The notes beneath the pieces are model-generated. The model searched no databases. It worked only from the letters and a program-made list of their open reading frames with translations, and was not told the origin of the DNA. A stretch of 64,000 nt of DNA, taken from the IMG/VR virus record IMGVR_UViG_3300049811_000333, positions 16,633 through 80,632 of that record; one strand, given 5' to 3'. The position numbers and the translations under genes were made by a program. Below, in pieces: positions 1-8,381 of the stretch (position 1 is its first letter; each line of letters opens with the position of its first letter). The stretch comes from a virus.

Positions 1-129
1 AACTGCTTGGCGATGGCGCGGTTGTAAACCGTTGGAACGCGATCACTCTCAAGGTACTGCTTGTACCCAATCAGAGCTTCCTGGATCAGAGCGAATTCGA
101 GATCCGTAAGCTCCAGGTCGTCATCTTCC

Positions 130-441
130 TCAGTCTTCTTCGTCTTCTTTGCCACGCTGTTCCCACTTTCTGGTTCCGAGGTCTCGCTTATCCTGGTCAC
201 GAGTGCAGATGGTTGCCCCGTAGCCAATGCGGACTGTGATGCCGGGCTTGCAGCCCTTCAATGTGAAGATCGCAATCTCGTTTGCAGCGTCCGGGTTCTT
301 CGCCAGGAAGGCCCGGCATGCGTCGTACTCAGGGTCCCTGGACTTCTCGACAACCAACTCCCCTTTATGGAAGACGTTGTAGCGATAGAACTTGAGGCCC
401 CATCTCTCCGGTGGGACCCGGACCATGTCGAACTCAATCAT
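130..441 (-). CDS. hypothetical protein
   Basis: 103-aa ORF whose start overlaps the stop of the exonuclease gene. Confidence 0.6.
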   Translation of the reverse strand: MIEFDMVRVPPERWGLKFYRYNVFHKGELVVEKSRDPEYDACRAFLAKNPDAANEIAIFTLKGCKPGITVRIGYGATICTRDQDKRDLGTRKWEQRGKEDEED

Positions 442-875
442 GCCGGAGCTCCAAAAATCATGTCGTCGGCGTAATAGGCGCAGAGCAAGGCTCGCGCATC
501 GCTGAGGGCATTATGAGGAATGGCCGGAAGCGGGTCGAGGTCACGCACCAGCCTCATCTCAAGATCCCCGACATCCCATTGGATGCCGTTCGGCTCTTGA
601 AGCAAATCCAAGAGATAGCCAAAATCAGCTGGCCAATCCGCGATGATTGGTTGCTCGCGATGCCTGTTGAGGAACGCCACGATGCGGCGCTTGATGATGA
701 TGTCGTCCTCTGGCTCCTGGTTGAGAACCGGGATGACGTTTTCGCGCACCCACTCATGGCACTTCCCAAGGTCAAAGTGGCGCACGCAGTAAACGCTGTC
801 GCCGCAGTCCGAGACCAGAGCGATGCTGATCAGATCTCCTTGGAAGTTAGTGAACTCGGTATCAAGGGCCAGCAT
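438..875 (-). CDS. DEDDh 3'-5' exo(ribo)nuclease (RNase AS/Rv2179c-like)
   Basis: LALDTEF (ExoI), ADWPADF (ExoII) and HNALSDA (ExoIII) motifs; start moved to ATG at 875. Confidence 0.75.
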   Translation of the reverse strand: MLALDTEFTNFQGDLISIALVSDCGDSVYCVRHFDLGKCHEWVRENVIPVLNQEPEDDIIIKRRIVAFLNRHREQPIIADWPADFGYLLDLLQEPNGIQWDVGDLEMRLVRDLDPLPAIPHNALSDARALLCAYYADDMIFGAPA

Positions 876-1494
876 GTGTGTTCCGGAAAAGGGCCGGGCA
901 TCCCTTCCGGGAGCCCGGCAGTCAGCCACAAGGAGGTGTCCCGAGCGCCGGGACCCTCAATCTATACGCCAGGTGTTTACCGGCGTCAACACTGGAAGCA
1001 TGCTCGCAGGTCACAATTTCGGAAATCCAAGATCAATTCTGACCTGCACAAGCGGGGAGGACGCGGCAGCGCCCGGACCCGCGCTTTCATGGGGAGGGGG
1101 CTACTCAAGTGTTTAAGAGTGCAGTGTCTATAAGGGGGAGGGGAGCTATATGGCAGCGCTCGCTACCGTTTCACTAGCGCTCGCTCAGCTCCCTTGATGA
1201 GTACGAGGAGCGTTATTAACTCGTCACTGCAAGTTGCAGGGCAGCGCCCTCAATCCGTTCCTGTGATCCTCGCCGTGGGCTCGGCTCTCAGTCACTACTT
1301 CCGTAGTAAGATGTTCGACATTTTGAATTTACAGATCAAGTTAAATTTCTGTAATGTTTCAGAACGCCTGCCAATTCAAGGCCTTGGCAACATGCCTACC
1401 CCATTGACACGCTTTTGCCGGGATCAACAACTACAGGTGTTGACACCACCGCTCGCATTGTGCATATTCTCCTGGTGCTTTGAGAGGGGCGGGG

Positions 1495-2004
1495 ATGCCA
1501 AGCCTGGCGGGGAAACTGTCTGCGATCCTGGATACCTACCAGCCGCCTGTTGGCGTCCGGGTCAGTCATCCCGTGGAGTTCCTATGGAAGCGCGGGGTTC
1601 TGGACCCTGTGCAATACGCCGCCGCCAATGCTTTCCGCGCGGACTACGAGTGCGCTGTTGGTGATAGCTCCGCCCCCATCGTGAACTGGGGGGCTTTTGA
1701 GTCCATGGCCCTCACGGACAACCCGGACCTCCTTGGCGGTCGTCACAAGTCTTCGATGCGGGTTGCGCGCCCCCCTGCCGGGCCCCGGCCAATCGTTGAT
1801 GCCCGGAAGACCCTCTTCAATCTCCGCTGGAGCCTTGGCCATTTCGGTTTCCAGGTGATGCGCGCGGTTTGCGGCCTGGGGATCCCCATCGTGGTGGTCT
1901 CCAGAGAAATCTCCCTGGACAAGAACATCGTTGGCCACCGCCTCCGGGAAGCCCTCTGGGACGCCGCCGATTATTACGGCTTCACCGAGGAGGTCCCGGA
2001 ATGA
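1495..2004 (+). CDS. DUF6456-like putative transcription regulator
   Basis: RGVLDPVQYAAANAFRADYE and C-terminal VCGLG...LREALWDAADYYG resemble DUF6456 proteins of alphaproteobacterial phages/GTAs; TTGACA hexamers upstream at about 1404 and 1440. Confidence 0.55.
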   Translation: MPSLAGKLSAILDTYQPPVGVRVSHPVEFLWKRGVLDPVQYAAANAFRADYECAVGDSSAPIVNWGAFESMALTDNPDLLGGRHKSSMRVARPPAGPRPIVDARKTLFNLRWSLGHFGFQVMRAVCGLGIPIVVVSREISLDKNIVGHRLREALWDAADYYGFTEEVPE

Positions 2005-2762
2005 GGCTGGCACAAATGGCAGAGCCGTACCTGGCTCTGAAATGGCCGATCTTCCCGGTCAAGGACAAGCGCCCATTGGTGTCCGGCGGTTACAAGGCCG
2101 CGTCCGTCGACCCTCGGGTGATCGAGGATTGGTCGCGGCGGTTCCCTGGCTGCAACATCGCCGTCGCCACAGGTCGGATTTCCGGGATTGTTGTCGTGGA
2201 TGTTGATGGCCCCCCAGGAGAACAAACCCTCCTGGCCTTGGCTGACGAGGGGATCGTGATCGACAGCCCGCTCCAGTCCCTGACTGGACGCGGGCGGCAC
2301 ATGATCTTCAAGTACGACAAGGGCATGAAGTGTTCCATCGGAAAGCTCGGCCCCGGACTGGATGTCAGGGCCGATGGCGGGAGCTTCACGGTTCCTCCCT
2401 CCGTCCATCACAGCGGCAAACGCTACGAGTGGGTCGCGGACCCGCTGACGACGCCGATCCCGCACTTCCCGTTGTCGGCCCTGCTCTACCTCTACCGGCC
2501 GAAAGCCCGTCCCACCTGGGGCGGGGCACCAAGTGTGTCCCTATCGGAAATTGTTGGTCGGGTTGCGTCTGCGGTGCCCGGGACCCGGAACGCGGAGCTC
2601 AACAGTGCCGCCTACATGGCCGGGAAGCTCGTCCGGCACGGGAAAATCTCGGAAGACGAAGCAGAGCACACCCTGGTGGAAGCGGGCCTGGCCATCGGCC
2701 TGGACCGTCACGAATGCCAATCAACAGTGAGGAGCGGCCTGAGAGCCGGACAGGAGGAGTAG
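2001..2762 (+). CDS. bifunctional DNA primase/polymerase (Prim-Pol) domain protein
   Basis: WPIFPV..KRPL, NIAVATG, VVVDVD, TGRGRH, GLDVRADGG.F.VPPSVH motifs; C-terminal GTRNAELN helical domain; ATG overlaps previous stop. Confidence 0.85.
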   Translation: MRLAQMAEPYLALKWPIFPVKDKRPLVSGGYKAASVDPRVIEDWSRRFPGCNIAVATGRISGIVVVDVDGPPGEQTLLALADEGIVIDSPLQSLTGRGRHMIFKYDKGMKCSIGKLGPGLDVRADGGSFTVPPSVHHSGKRYEWVADPLTTPIPHFPLSALLYLYRPKARPTWGGAPSVSLSEIVGRVASAVPGTRNAELNSAAYMAGKLVRHGKISEDEAEHTLVEAGLAIGLDRHECQSTVRSGLRAGQEE

Positions 2763-2971
2763 TGAAGGAATTTAGGATCAAGGAAGACGTCATCGATGAC
2801 GACGTGATTTGCGAGGAGATTTTCGTCGAGCAGTATGAGTCCGAAGGGGCCGTGTTTATCGGCCAGACTGATGAGGACGAGAATGGTCCTGTTCTCCAAA
2901 TGCACATGCTGACCGTGGCGCAAGCCCGGAAGCTGCGGGACGCGCTCAATGAGATCGTGGGGACGGCATGA
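2762..2971 (+). CDS. hypothetical acidic protein
   Basis: GTG start after GGAGGAG RBS; translationally coupled to neighbours. Confidence 0.55.
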   Translation: MKEFRIKEDVIDDDVICEEIFVEQYESEGAVFIGQTDEDENGPVLQMHMLTVAQARKLRDALNEIVGTA

Positions 2972-3168
2972 AGAAGAAGCCTCTGTCGCAGCGCCTGGAT
3001 CAATTGAAGGCTGTCCGTGACATTGCCACCAGCGCTGGCAATCACGACGACGAATACAGCCGTGGTCTCGCCAACGGCATCATCCTGGCCGTGGCCGTCA
3101 TGGAGGCCAAGGACCCGGAGTACCTCGGAAAGGAGAAAGGGCCATGGACTGGTTCGGAGACATCCTGA
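2968..3168 (+). CDS. hypothetical protein
   Basis: ATGA overlap; YSRGLANGIILA. Confidence 0.55.
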   Translation: MKKKPLSQRLDQLKAVRDIATSAGNHDDEYSRGLANGIILAVAVMEAKDPEYLGKEKGPWTGSETS

Positions 3169-3224
3169 TGCTGGGTGGGATCATCGTGCTCCTGGCCATC
3201 ACCATCACCTTGAGCGGGGGCTGA

Positions 3225-3452
3225 GTGCCGTACAAGATCGACGGCATGATCGATGAGGCCTGCAAGCTCAAGTGCTGCAAATTGTGTAAGCACAGCTGGC
3301 TGCCATGGGATCAGGATTACGGATTTTGCAAGCATGCCAAGAACGCCTTCGGGCCCTTCCCGAAGCGGATTGCGGAGCTTGATACCTGTGATCACTGGGA
3401 ATGCTCTGGGTCCGCACAAACCCCTGACAAACATCAAGACAAGCCAGATTGA
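3225..3452 (+). CDS. small Cys-rich hypothetical protein
   Basis: CCKLCKH...FCKH...CDHWEC. Confidence 0.45.
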   Translation: MPYKIDGMIDEACKLKCCKLCKHSWLPWDQDYGFCKHAKNAFGPFPKRIAELDTCDHWECSGSAQTPDKHQDKPD

Positions 3453-3544
3453 CAGGTTTGTGCCGGTGCATACAATCAGCAGGCTCTAGGTATTATACCT
3501 GAGCCTTTTTCGATAAGATATTGAGCCATAACGGGAGGAAAAGC

Positions 3545-3943
3545 ATGCAGAGAAGGGCGGCCAGCCTGACGTTGGGGGACCTGGGCCCCACGCTGACGGA
3601 GGTCTTTTGGGATAACGGACGCTGGTCGACACAGTCCCAGGATTTCGATGACGACGACGCCGCTAAGGAGGCTTGGAACAAGCTGAAGCTGAGGGGATAC
3701 CTGGTCGCCAACGAGGGGTATCTCTGGGTGGATCAGAGCCCGGACATGGTCTCGGTATCCTCTGACGGCGGCGCCGGACATCTCTTCCTCATCCTCGACG
3801 AGGAGAACCCGAACACGAGTTCCATTGGCTTCATCTCGAACGCCGCCTGGATCGTGGAGAACGGAATGGGATTTCTGGAGCTCACTGCCATGAAATACCG
3901 GGAAACCCAGGAACAGGGCGGGAACATCGCGGCCATCAACTGA
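3545..3943 (+). CDS. hypothetical protein
   Basis: GGAGG RBS; upstream TTGACA-N16-TACAAT at 3449-3476. Confidence 0.55.
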   Translation: MQRRAASLTLGDLGPTLTEVFWDNGRWSTQSQDFDDDDAAKEAWNKLKLRGYLVANEGYLWVDQSPDMVSVSSDGGAGHLFLILDEENPNTSSIGFISNAAWIVENGMGFLELTAMKYRETQEQGGNIAAIN

Positions 3944-3949
3944 TGGCCG

Positions 3950-3978
3950 TTGACATGGCATCACTCGCAGATTACCAG
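3950..3978 (+). promoter_or_regulatory. sigma70-like promoter upstream of the tRNA-Pro half
   Basis: TTGACA (3950-3955), 17 nt spacer, TACCAG. Confidence 0.5.
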
Positions 3979-4013
3979 TGCGGCGCCGTCACTTGCGGCA
4001 TCCCGGCACCGGT

Positions 4014-4053
4014 CGGAGCGTAGCGCAGCCTGGTAGCGCACTTGCTTCGGGAG
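4014..4053 (+). other. probable attP core: 5' half of tRNA-Pro(CGG)
   Basis: CGGAGCGTAGCGCAGCCTGGTAGCGCACTTGCTTCGGGAG = acceptor 5' strand, D arm, anticodon 5' stem and TT-CGG-GA loop; tRNA similarity stops just after the loop. Confidence 0.8.
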
Positions 4054-4096
4054 ATTGTGCGCTGTCTTCTGAAAAGTACAGCAATATCAACGAAAG

Positions 4097-4124
4097 ACGG
4101 GCGGTGAAAACCGCCCGTTTTTTT
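4097..4124 (+). terminator. intrinsic terminator between convergent units
   Basis: ACGGGCGGT-GAAA-ACCGCCCGT followed by a T run. Confidence 0.85.
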
Positions 4125-4152
4125 ATTTCGACAGGTTATTCCCAAGAAACCA

Positions 4153-4581
4153 TTAATCCAGTGTGCGGTACTTCTGTGAGCGGATCTCTGAGATGTAGGC
4201 TTCCGAAATTCCCGTCATTCGGGAGAGCTCACGGCCAGAGACCTTTGAGGCGCGGACCGCATTAATGATGTCGCGCGGGTACTTCCTTTCGCCGTATGGG
4301 CGATGGGTGCGTCCCTTTCGGGATCGGTCTGAGTTGTTGTCGCCGTTGGTGCCTAGAAAGAGATGTTCGATGCACACGCAGGGGCGGTTGTCGCAACGGT
4401 GCAGCACGTTCATCCCAGCCGGGATTGGGCCATTGACGGCTTCCCACATGAGGCGGTGGGCGCGCTTGTTGCCAAGTCGCCCGTATCCTTTTTCAGTGAG
4501 GGTGCCTGTCCACTCAAGGCACCCGGTCTTTTCGTTGCGTTTGGTGTGCTTAAGAAGCCTGGTAAGCAGGTCTCGGTTCAT
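4153..4581 (-). CDS. HNH endonuclease with C-terminal HTH
   Basis: GCLEWTG, AHR, VLHRCDNRPCVCIEHLFLGTNGDNNSD. Confidence 0.9.
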   Translation of the reverse strand: MNRDLLTRLLKHTKRNEKTGCLEWTGTLTEKGYGRLGNKRAHRLMWEAVNGPIPAGMNVLHRCDNRPCVCIEHLFLGTNGDNNSDRSRKGRTHRPYGERKYPRDIINAVRASKVSGRELSRMTGISEAYISEIRSQKYRTLD

Positions 4582-4892
4582 AGAACTTGGTAAACCTCCG
4601 TCTTCCGGGCGTTCGACCGCGGACCCTTCATGTTGACGTAGGTGCCGGTTCCGACGATCACCCTCTGGCGCTTCAGCCACGAGATGAACGCGCCCCAGGC
4701 GTTGTGATGGTGGGGGCGAAGATCCCTGGCCTCACAGGCCAGACGAATGTCTTCGCCTGTCACCTTCTGACCCTTCATGGAGCGCACCACCTTGGCGGAT
4801 CCAGCTTTCCAGTCGTCCGGGGCACGGCTGTAAACCCGGTCCAGGGCTTCATCCCGCATCTGGGTAGCCGCGCACTCTTTGTAGATACTCAT
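4578..4892 (-). CDS. hypothetical protein
   Basis: PHHHNAWGA motif; coupled to both HNH genes by 4-nt overlaps. Confidence 0.65.
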   Translation of the reverse strand: MSIYKECAATQMRDEALDRVYSRAPDDWKAGSAKVVRSMKGQKVTGEDIRLACEARDLRPHHHNAWGAFISWLKRQRVIVGTGTYVNMKGPRSNARKTEVYQVL

Positions 4893-5362
4893 GTCACACG
4901 TTCTCCCTCGTCGATTCTTGGCTCCACACGTTTCCATGACTTCCCCTTCCCGATCCTGGTGATCATGGATCCGGAGACGCCGTAGTCGGGCGCAATTGCC
5001 CCCGGCTTCTCGCCCCGGAGAAGCCGGGCTTTGATCACTGCCACCTTCTCCGGATCGAGCTTGTTGCCGAGGTGGGCCTTGCCGCGTCCGCGTTCGTCAC
5101 GAATGCGCGACCGCTCAGCCTTGGTGGCTAGGAACAGATGTCCGGGCTCGACGCAGGCGCGGTTTTCGCAGTCGATGCCGACCACGACGTCGTCCGGGAG
5201 ATCGCCATTGTGCAGATACCAGGACACCCTGGCCGCCGTGGTGTTGATGCCGCGGAACTTCACGACGGCCCGCCCGGCCGGGGTTTTGGCTCCGGTCCAT
5301 TCCAGGCATCCGGTTTGCTCGTTGCGCTGGGTATGACTGAGGAAACGGGCCAGCTCACTCAT
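4889..5362 (-). CDS. HNH-like protein, catalytic residues degenerate
   Basis: Paralog of 4153-4581 (HTQRNEQTGCLEWTG) but VGIDCENRAC and ATKAERS replace the catalytic His and Asn. Confidence 0.75.
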   Translation of the reverse strand: MSELARFLSHTQRNEQTGCLEWTGAKTPAGRAVVKFRGINTTAARVSWYLHNGDLPDDVVVGIDCENRACVEPGHLFLATKAERSRIRDERGRGKAHLGNKLDPEKVAVIKARLLRGEKPGAIAPDYGVSGSMITRIGKGKSWKRVEPRIDEGERVT

Positions 5363-5600
5363 CTGTGCCCTCGCACACCACCTCCAGGAACTGGACCCGG
5401 ACTTTGACGATGCCGCATCCCTGCCAACAGCGATTGTGTTCCTTCAGATCCTCAATGCTTGGATAGACGCGGTTGCCGCCAGATGCGCAACCAAGCTCGC
5501 ACTCCCAGTCGACGAGGTCCATATAGCAGTCGATGAAGGTGTCGTCCTTGTTAACCCGGAACATGGGGAAGGCGGCATCAGGCACTGCGTTATTAGTCAT
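5355..5600 (-). CDS. hypothetical protein
   Basis: 81-aa ORF in leftward operon (DWECELG, VYPSIEDLK, CGIVKV). Confidence 0.6.
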   Translation of the reverse strand: MTNNAVPDAAFPMFRVNKDDTFIDCYMDLVDWECELGCASGGNRVYPSIEDLKEHNRCWQGCGIVKVRVQFLEVVCEGTDE

Positions 5601-5627
5601 TCCTGTCTCCAGCCGATGATTGCGCAG

Positions 5628-5816
5628 TCAACATTCGTTATCACTCGACTCCATCAGGCTGCTCTCATGCACGTTATAGAGATGCTCCGGATACGACACG
5701 TCGTACCTGTACCCGTAGCCAGATGGGTCCTTATCAACGCAGGTGATGACGCACACCTTGCCTTTGAAATAGTCAACGACGACCCTGTCGCCGACCTTGA
5801 ATCTTGGCTCTTTCAT
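5628..5816 (-). CDS. small KOW/SH3-like hypothetical protein
   Basis: PRFKVGDRV motif. Confidence 0.5.
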   Translation of the reverse strand: MKEPRFKVGDRVVVDYFKGKVCVITCVDKDPSGYGYRYDVSYPEHLYNVHESSLMESSDNEC

Positions 5817-5818
5817 TT

Positions 5819-6139
5819 CTATTCCTCATTGTCCAAGAGGCTGTCGAGGTAGTCTTCCTCGGCTTGGGTCCAGCCCCTGTTCTTTGGCTTCTTGCGCCGC
5901 TTGTCCGGGATCACGCGCTGCCGGTACTTCTTGGTGCCGAGGTCCTTGGCCTCGTCGCTGCGCTTCTTGGTGAAGATCTTGAGTGTCCGGCAGTCGTCCT
6001 GGAGCGAGAACGTCATGTCAACATCCCAGAGCTCCAATGCCCTGCCTTCGTCGCTGACGACGGTAAGGCGCGTCACTTTCGGAACGCACGCCTTCAGGAC
6101 GGCCTCGCAGGCCTCAGCTTCCGTGCCTCTCATTGGCAA
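5819..6139 (-). CDS. hypothetical protein
   Basis: KVTRLTVV...SLQDDCRTLKIF. Confidence 0.55.
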   Translation of the reverse strand: MPMRGTEAEACEAVLKACVPKVTRLTVVSDEGRALELWDVDMTFSLQDDCRTLKIFTKKRSDEAKDLGTKKYRQRVIPDKRRKKPKNRGWTQAEEDYLDSLLDNEE

Positions 6140-6347
6140 GCCTCCATTCCAGGTTCCGGATTTCTTGCTCTAGCTCTTTGACCTTGACTCGGAGCTCGTC
6201 GCGCTCCTGGCCAACCATCATGTCCCAGTATTTCGACATCGCCTGCTCTGCTTCCCGGATGCTGGAGGCGATGACCGCCTCGAAGTAGTTCGGAGGCGTG
6301 AACATCAGCCGGGCCACCAGGATCTTGGCTCTGGCCTCAGGTGTCAT
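6114..6347 (-). CDS. hypothetical coiled-coil protein
   Basis: ORF in leftward operon. Confidence 0.5.
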   Translation of the reverse strand: MTPEARAKILVARLMFTPPNYFEAVIASSIREAEQAMSKYWDMMVGQERDELRVKVKELEQEIRNLEWRLANERHGS

Positions 6348-6567
6348 TTTTGATTTTCCCCTGAGCGATCATGGCGTCGGCGATGGCATAGGCGCCCTTT
6401 GCAATCTCTTCGGCTGTAGGCATGGCGTGCTTTGGGATAAAAGCTGCGCCGATGCCCATGACGGCCTGACCAGCGAACCAGTCCCGGAGAGACATGCCGT
6501 ACTCTGCGGCACTGTATTCGGTCCCTGGGATCGGGAAGGCTGTGCCGCCGCAATCGATTTTAGCCAT
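6337..6567 (-). CDS. conserved phage hypothetical protein
   Basis: GGTAFP...GMSLRDWFAGQA...AYAIADAMI, a motif common in phage accessory genes. Confidence 0.75.
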   Translation of the reverse strand: MAKIDCGGTAFPIPGTEYSAAEYGMSLRDWFAGQAVMGIGAAFIPKHAMPTAEEIAKGAYAIADAMIAQGKIKNDT

Positions 6568-6844
6568 CTTGCATCTCCACCAGTTTGCAGAGAGCGGCGA
6601 ACCCGCCGATCCCGATAGAGGCGCCAGCCAGGAAGCTGGCGCCGAATGCGAGGAAGATCACGCCGCAGAGGGCGCAGATGATGGGCTCAGCGAACGCCTG
6701 GAGATACGCAGTCGCCATTGACATAATCCTTTCCGGAATTGACGCAGAAGCGCACCACGTCAGCTTCAAAAACGGCCCTCATGCAGCTGCTAGCGGCCAA
6801 CAAGACCGCAAAGCAGCAGACAAGCCAGAGGATCGATCTGTCCA

Positions 6845-7297
6845 TCAGCCCTCCGTGCGTTCTGAGGCCTCGGTTTCGGTGCTCATGTTGACGTACCCAG
6901 AGCAACCATTCGATCCGGGAATGGCGACAGGGATGTTGCGGTGGATGGTTTCCCGGACCGCGTTCGGCTTGAACACGATATGGAAGGCGTCCTTGTAGGC
7001 GGCTGCGATCCCGGCCTGGAGAGCGGCTTCCGCAATCGAGGTGCGAGCCTTCTCTTCGTTGGCTTTGTAGCTCGCGATCTCTTGCTTCAGGGCTCGGATC
7101 TCGTCATCGCGCTTGCCGCGCAGTTCGACCTCTTCGCGCCAATTGGCGGTGACGTCTTCGAACGCCTTCTTGAGGCGCGCGATCTCTTGCTCAGCCCTCT
7201 CGAACTTCTTATGCAGGTTCTCGACGGCTACCGCCGCGTCGAGATTGAACGTCTTCTCTGTGACCAGCTTCTCAACGAGGTCTGTAAGTTCTTTCAT
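6845..7297 (-). CDS. coiled-coil hypothetical protein
   Basis: GGAGG RBS; heptad pattern. Confidence 0.6.
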   Translation of the reverse strand: MKELTDLVEKLVTEKTFNLDAAVAVENLHKKFERAEQEIARLKKAFEDVTANWREEVELRGKRDDEIRALKQEIASYKANEEKARTSIAEAALQAGIAAAYKDAFHIVFKPNAVRETIHRNIPVAIPGSNGCSGYVNMSTETEASERTEG

Positions 7298-7521
7298 TCT
7301 GCCTCCAGCTTCTTGATGATTGCGCGTATGTTGGCGCGGGTTGATACAAGCCCTCGATTGCGTTCGAGGCTCTTTGACTTCGAGATCGTGCAAACCATGG
7401 AGAACGGCTTGCCTTGGTATTCACCGACGAGACGACAGTGCGGGCTCCCGCCGATGACCTTGGCCTTGCGCACGCCCTCGCGTTCCGCGAGGCGGGCGAT
7501 CTCCCGTGAGTTCTTGTCCAT
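7294..7521 (-). CDS. small basic protein, possibly HicA-like fold
   Basis: GAGGAG RBS, own promoter (TTGCCT-N17-TACACA); GGSPH motif. Confidence 0.45.
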   Translation of the reverse strand: MDKNSREIARLAEREGVRKAKVIGGSPHCRLVGEYQGKPFSMVCTISKSKSLERNRGLVSTRANIRAIIKKLEAE

Positions 7522-7663
7522 GTCTCCTCTCTGCGTTGATTGTGGTGTGTACCATATGTATTAACAATAGGCAAGCGGACATGCGGCGGGCCGGTTCCCG
7601 TTGCCCTGTGCTCAGGATAGGGTCCACCACTAGACCGGAGGGGGCCCGAGCACAGACCGCAAT

Positions 7664-7978
7664 TCAGTAGGTATCACAGAAGGGCGTCTCGGCATCGCGC
7701 CAGACGCAATTGGGGAGCTCGTCGATGAGGACCCCAAGGATTTCCTGCTCAAACCTCCGTCCTGTGCTGGTGAGGTCGAGCTTCTCCCCGGTCCGGATCA
7801 TGTGCCGGTAGGTCTTGCCCCGGAGGACGTTGCGAATGCAGGTGTGGCTGACGCCGTACTGCCTGGCGAGGCGCCGCTGGCAGCCGTAGCGGCCGGTGTA
7901 GCTGTCCCGGATTTCCCGGGCCTGCTCATTGGTGAGCTTGGGTTGGCTTCCGTTCAGGGGCACGATCCTCATCGTCAT
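7664..7978 (-). CDS. HTH DNA-binding protein
   Basis: KLTNEQAREIR...LARQYGVSHTCIRNVLRGKTY, like the C-terminal HTH of the HNH genes. Confidence 0.65.
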   Translation of the reverse strand: MTMRIVPLNGSQPKLTNEQAREIRDSYTGRYGCQRRLARQYGVSHTCIRNVLRGKTYRHMIRTGEKLDLTSTGRRFEQEILGVLIDELPNCVWRDAETPFCDTY

Positions 7979-8196
7979 CAGTTGTCCTCCGACTCCAGAA
8001 TTCTCCTGCATTTGTCGCAGCGCTTCAGCAATTCGACGTAGTCCGGATGCTCGGCGTCATAGCCAAAGCAGTTGCCGCGCCCGTCCGGGCCGTCACCCTC
8101 GTGGCCATAGCGATGGAAGGCCAAAGTCTCGGTCTTCGGGAAGCAATACCTGCAGAGGTCAATGGGATCGCTGCGGCTTGTATAGATGCGTGGCAT
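7978..8196 (-). CDS. Cys-rich hypothetical protein
   Basis: CxxC pairs (CRYC, CDKC). Confidence 0.55.
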   Translation of the reverse strand: MPRIYTSRSDPIDLCRYCFPKTETLAFHRYGHEGDGPDGRGNCFGYDAEHPDYVELLKRCDKCRRILESEDN

Positions 8197-8199
8197 GAC

Positions 8200-8373
8200 T
8201 CATCCTCTGCTGAAGCGGAAATTGACGACGCCCATGGCGATCTCTCCGGGGTCCTTGCCCCAGACATCGGCGACCAGGAGGACGCTGATTTGCTCGGCGA
8301 TCACAAAGGGGTCGAGCTCGGTCGGCTCGTCGTTTTCGGCAATCCAGCGGACTGCGGCATTGAGCTTGGACAT
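8200..8373 (-). CDS. hypothetical protein
   Basis: AVRWIAENDE...SVLLVADVWGK; AGGAGG RBS. Confidence 0.6.
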   Translation of the reverse strand: MSKLNAAVRWIAENDEPTELDPFVIAEQISVLLVADVWGKDPGEIAMGVVNFRFSRG

Positions 8374-8381
8374 GCGGCCTC

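Noticed and set aside
1200-1360. CtrA box (TTAA-N7-TTAA)
   Set aside because: Only isolated half-sites, no correctly spaced pair
4014-4150. Complete or intron-split tRNA-Pro
   Set aside because: No matching 3' half (T arm, acceptor 3' strand) found downstream; a terminator follows
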